A stretch of 64,000 nucleotides of DNA from an uncultured Verrucomicrobiae bacterium. GTDB lineage: Bacteria > Verrucomicrobiota > Verrucomicrobiia > Limisphaerales > UBA11358. Made by a program: the position numbers and the translations under genes. Below are positions 60,537-64,000 of the stretch, in pieces. The stretch is taken from the NCBI GenBank assembly GCA_963797825.1, contig CAWCRR010000041.1:24436-88435 (forward strand), written 5' to 3'. Positions within the stretch are counted from its first letter, which is position 1; every line of letters starts with the position of its first letter. The notes under the pieces were generated by a model that saw only the letters and a program-made list of their open reading frames with translations, ran no database searches and was not told the DNA's origin.

Positions 60537-62648
60537 TCAGACTATCTCCAACGGGCATTTCGGCAGCGCGTCAATAAAGGACTGCCCGTATTGCTTCGTT
60601 AATATCCGGTTGTCCAGGACCACGATGATGCCGGTGTCGGTTTTGGTGCGGATCAAGCGCCCGACGCCCTGCCGGAATTTCAAAATGGCCTCGGGCAGGG
60701 AGAACTCGCCAAAGGAATTGCCGCCGCGGGCTTCGATCGCCTCGAGGCGCGCCTCGATCAGGGGATGGTCCGGCACGGCAAACGGCAATCGCGTGATGAT
60801 GACGTTGGAGAGCGCTTCCCCGGGAACGTCCACGCCCTGCCAAAAACTGTCCGTGCCGAAAAGGACGGAGTCCACGTCATCCTTGAATTTCTCCAGCATC
60901 GTCGAGCGCGGCATGCCGGTGCCCTGCACGAAGCAGGCGACGCCAAGCCGGTCAAAAACCGGTTGCATGGCCTCGGCGATCTCCTGCATGAGCTTGTAGT
61001 TGGTGAACAACACAAACGCCTTGCCGTGCGTCATCTTCACAAAATGTTCGATCCAATGGATCAGGGCGTCCCGATAACCGGTTTCCCGCGGGTCGGGCAT
61101 TTTTTTGGCCACGAACAGTTTCATCTGGCGCTCGTAATCGAAGGGCGTGCCGACTTGCAGTTTCTCAGCCGATTCGGCGCCGACGCGTTTGGCGAAATAA
61201 GCCAGAGGAGTGGAATTGGATGAGGCGCCTCGCGTCACCCGTCCTGAGCCGGCGCTGGTGGCCAGCGTCGCGCTGGTCATGACGATGGAGGTATCACTCC
61301 CAAACAAGCGGCGGCGCAAAAAATCCGCCACGTCGATGGGAGCGGCATTCAACGACACGTTTTTATGGGCCTTGCCGCCGCGTTCGACCCAATAGACATG
61401 TTCGCCGGCGCTTTGGCTTAAAAACATCGCCACCTCTTCCCGCAATTCGACCAGCCGGCGGTTGCACTCGACCAGTTCCTGCCCGAGGTCTTTGTCGTCA
61501 CTGGTCTTGATGAGTTCGCTGACCGCTTCGCGCAAGCGCTGGATGGGGAGGGTCACGTTGTCCTGGACCAGTTCAGCGCGGCGGATGCGCAATTCGGTCC
61601 AGGCGCGCCGGCGTTCATTTTCGTTTCCGCCGAACCTGTTTTTGACGGTGGATTTTTGGATTTCCTCGCAGGCCTCCTCGACGTTCTCGAAAAATTTATC
61701 GGCCTCCGCCAGGATGTCCGCGACCAATTTCACCGCCGCGCCTTTGCGCAACGTGGCGAGCAGCCCTTTCTCCGTGCGCGGATTCCACAGGCGATTCAGG
61801 GAGTACCGCATTTGCCCGCTCGAAACGCTCAAGCCGATATGCCGCGAAGCGACGTGCTCGACGGTGTGGGCCTCATCAAAGATGACAAAATCGTTCTTAA
61901 AGAGGATGCCTCCCTCCTGATCCTCGTCCACGCCGCCCAACAACGTGAAGAACAGCGTGTGATTCAAGACCAGCACATCGGAGGAAAGGATCTTGTTTCG
62001 CGCGCGCTGGAAGAAGCAAACGCCGTGGTCCCGGGCGAAATCCGACGGGTGCCCGCAAATTTTTGGCGAACAAAGCCCGCGCTCGGAACACACCTGCGCC
62101 CAAACCTTCGGGTCAGGCTCGACGTCGAAATCGGACAGGCTGCCGTCGGCCGTTTTTTTGGACCACTCATAAATGCGGCGAAGCTCCCCGGCCTCGGACG
62201 ACGTGAAGAGGTTTCCGCTCTGCTGCATCGCTTTCTGCAAGCGGCGCGTGCAGAGATAATTCGCGCGGCCCTTGAGCATGGTGAAGCTGAATTTTACCGG
62301 CGCGGGCATCGCGCCGAGCACGCCGGCGAGCATGGGCAGGTCTTTTTCGGTGAGCTGCTCCTGCAGGTTGATGGTATGCGTCGAAACGACGGCTTTCTTG
62401 TTTTGAGAAACGGCGAACAGGATGGCCGGCACCAGGTAGGCCAGCGATTTGCCGACGCCCGTCCCGGCTTCCACGGCGAGGTGTTCGCGGCCTTGCAATG
62501 CCCGCGCCACCGCCACGGCCATTTGTTGTTGCTGCGGCCGGAATTCAAAATTTTTCGCCCGGGACAAAATTCCCTTCGGCGAAAAAATTTCCTCGACCTG
62601 GGAGACCAGGCCGGCGCCGATCGGCTGATTTTCGACGATGGCAATCAT
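60537..62648 (-). CDS. DinG/XPD-family ATP-dependent DNA helicase
   Basis: 703 aa. It has Walker A EAGTGVGKSLAYL, a DEAH box FDEAHTVEH, no obvious 4-Cys FeS cluster, and C-terminal motifs TSATL and FWQGVDVPG. Confidence 0.85.
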   Translation of the reverse strand: MIAIVENQPIGAGLVSQVEEIFSPKGILSRAKNFEFRPQQQQMAVAVARALQGREHLAVEAGTGVGKSLAYLVPAILFAVSQNKKAVVSTHTINLQEQLTEKDLPMLAGVLGAMPAPVKFSFTMLKGRANYLCTRRLQKAMQQSGNLFTSSEAGELRRIYEWSKKTADGSLSDFDVEPDPKVWAQVCSERGLCSPKICGHPSDFARDHGVCFFQRARNKILSSDVLVLNHTLFFTLLGGVDEDQEGGILFKNDFVIFDEAHTVEHVASRHIGLSVSSGQMRYSLNRLWNPRTEKGLLATLRKGAAVKLVADILAEADKFFENVEEACEEIQKSTVKNRFGGNENERRRAWTELRIRRAELVQDNVTLPIQRLREAVSELIKTSDDKDLGQELVECNRRLVELREEVAMFLSQSAGEHVYWVERGGKAHKNVSLNAAPIDVADFLRRRLFGSDTSIVMTSATLATSAGSGRVTRGASSNSTPLAYFAKRVGAESAEKLQVGTPFDYERQMKLFVAKKMPDPRETGYRDALIHWIEHFVKMTHGKAFVLFTNYKLMQEIAEAMQPVFDRLGVACFVQGTGMPRSTMLEKFKDDVDSVLFGTDSFWQGVDVPGEALSNVIITRLPFAVPDHPLIEARLEAIEARGGNSFGEFSLPEAILKFRQGVGRLIRTKTDTGIIVVLDNRILTKQYGQSFIDALPKCPLEIV

Positions 62649-62763
62649 TCGTCATCATTCTGCGCTCGAAAATCTTTTTGAGCGAGGATGATTTGAGCCG
62701 GGGAACAATTTATTTGATTGAGTGGGCGGATTTTTATGACAAATTTGCCCGGCGCGGGCGGAT

Positions 62764-63747
62764 GTGTTGAAACCAAAATTACTCATCGTGGAATTGTGGG
62801 GGCTGGGCGATCTGATCATCGCCACGCCGTTATTGCGCGCGGCCATCGAGCGGTTCGACGTGACCCTCCTGGCCAAGCCCTACGCGGTCGATCTGCAACG
62901 CCGTCTCTGGCCGGAAGTGCGAGTCGTTCCCTTCGTGGCGCCCTGGACGGCGTTCAAAAACAAATACCGGCTTTGGCGCTGGCCTCTGCCGCAGATCCTC
63001 CGCCTCCGCCGGCAATTAACGGGCGAGCGTTTCGACGCGGGGCTTTCGGCCCGCTGGGACCCGCGCGACCACTTTTTGCTTAATCTGGTCGGGGCCAAAA
63101 GGAGGATTGGCTTTCCCCGGATGCGCAGCGGAATCTATTTGACGGATGCCCTCACGCGGCCAGGGCCCGAGGCGCATCGTTATGAGTCATGGCGCGTCAT
63201 CGCGCGCGCGTTGGACCTGGAATTGCCGCCGCGCGACCAAATTTCCATACCCTCCACCGCACAAAATCGCGACACCGTGCTCATCCACACCGGGGCCGGA
63301 CAACCGATCCGCGTTTGGCCCCTGGAACATTACCGGAATCTGGCGATCCACTTGAGAAGCAAAAAATTCAACGTGCAAATCGCTTGCGACGCCGACCAGC
63401 GCGATTGGTGGCTGCGCGCCGGGGAGGAAAAAGTGGCGACGCCCGCGACGGTGGCGGAATTGATTGAACTGACGGACCGTGCCGCCGCGTTTATCGGCAA
63501 TGATTCCGGCCCCGGCCATCTGGCGGCATTTTGCGGGGTGCCGACGTTCACGATTTTTGGGCCGCAATTGCCCGAATGGTTCGCGCCCTTGCATCCGCAG
63601 GCCGAATGGATCGCGGGGAAAGCCTGCCCGTACCTGCCGTGCTCGGACTATTGCCGTTTTCCCGAGCCATTCTGCATCCGCAAAATCACTGAAGAGGAAG
63701 TGCTGGAACGGATCGGAAAATTCCTGGAGGACCGGGTCAAAAAATAG
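62764..63747 (+). CDS. Glycosyltransferase family 9 (heptosyltransferase-like)
   Basis: 327 aa with a GTG start. Blocks are LIVELWGLGDLIIATPLLRA and the C-terminal FIGNDSGPGHLAAFCGVPTFTIFGP. Confidence 0.8.
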   Translation: MLKPKLLIVELWGLGDLIIATPLLRAAIERFDVTLLAKPYAVDLQRRLWPEVRVVPFVAPWTAFKNKYRLWRWPLPQILRLRRQLTGERFDAGLSARWDPRDHFLLNLVGAKRRIGFPRMRSGIYLTDALTRPGPEAHRYESWRVIARALDLELPPRDQISIPSTAQNRDTVLIHTGAGQPIRVWPLEHYRNLAIHLRSKKFNVQIACDADQRDWWLRAGEEKVATPATVAELIELTDRAAAFIGNDSGPGHLAAFCGVPTFTIFGPQLPEWFAPLHPQAEWIAGKACPYLPCSDYCRFPEPFCIRKITEEEVLERIGKFLEDRVKK

Positions 63748-63779
63748 GGGCATCAGAACGGTTCAAATGGTCCTGAAAC

Positions 63780-64000
63780 TCACTTCTGCTTCACGATTTC
63801 GTCGTAAATCCACGCATACGTTTTTTCCATGCCTTTGCGCAGAGGCAAGTCCGGCTCCCATCCGAGCGTTTTTTTGATGAGCATGTTATCGCTGTTGCGG
63901 CCATTGACGCCTTTCGGCGCGTCCAATTTATACTTCCGCTTCAATTTGATCCCGGCGATGTCTTCAACGATGTCCACCAATTGATTGATGCTCACTTTCT
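63780..64000 (-). CDS. NAD-dependent sugar epimerase/dehydratase, C-terminal part (gene continues beyond the window)
   Basis: ..INQLVDIVEDIAGIKLKRKY..PKGVNGRNSDN..LGWEP..L..G.EKTY.WI resembles GDP-mannose 3,5-epimerase-type SDR proteins. The ORF is open at the window edge. Confidence 0.6.
   Translation of the reverse strand, partial: KVSINQLVDIVEDIAGIKLKRKYKLDAPKGVNGRNSDNMLIKKTLGWEPDLPLRKGMEKTYAWIYDEIVKQK

Noticed and set aside
1-64000. Search for tRNA, rRNA, tmRNA, RNase P and SRP RNA signatures.
   Set aside because: I found no cloverleaf-compatible segments with a T-loop GTTCRANNC context and no conserved rRNA, RNase P or SRP core strings by eye. Absence cannot be proven without tRNAscan or Infernal.

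Overview
64-kb chromosomal segment from a moderately GC-rich bacterium packed with REP-type repeats. Gene content and repeat style suggest a PVC-type or Verrucomicrobiota genome, but that is inference only. Backbone genes are pntAA-pntAB-pntB, a GH39 hydrolase, trpB2-like/OMP/trpB, an M48 protease, and an ECF sigma/anti-sigma pair fused to a GspE-GspF-GspF-minipilin cluster. It continues with a futalosine-pathway radical SAM gene, rplU-rpmA-obg, rsmD, DAHP synthase and a methyltransferase/two-kinase signalling operon. The remaining backbone genes are an LptF/G-like permease, a GAF kinase, a flippase, an M20 peptidase, a DinG-like helicase and a GT9 glycosyltransferase. The accessory layer is richer. 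Three type II TA operons each sit at the 3' end of a housekeeping gene, and two of them lie inside direct duplications of that gene's own coding tail. There is a heavily frameshifted RecQ-PRTase plus DprA-like pair. A 3.28-kb IS1-family transporter IS (16-bp TIRs, 8-bp TSD) carries an ORC/Cdc6-like ATPase and a ClpP-like peptidase. An ISNCY copy with a 17-bp TSD lies beside IS110 and TPR gene fragments. A RAYT is flanked by REP doublets, and there are several GTAG-initiated REP/MITE families and many 7-10-bp tandem arrays. I recognised no rRNA, tRNA or CRISPR array. Several frameshifts could be genuine decay or sequencing error. No tool was run, so all homology calls are motif recognition by eye and all repeat coordinates were hand-aligned.
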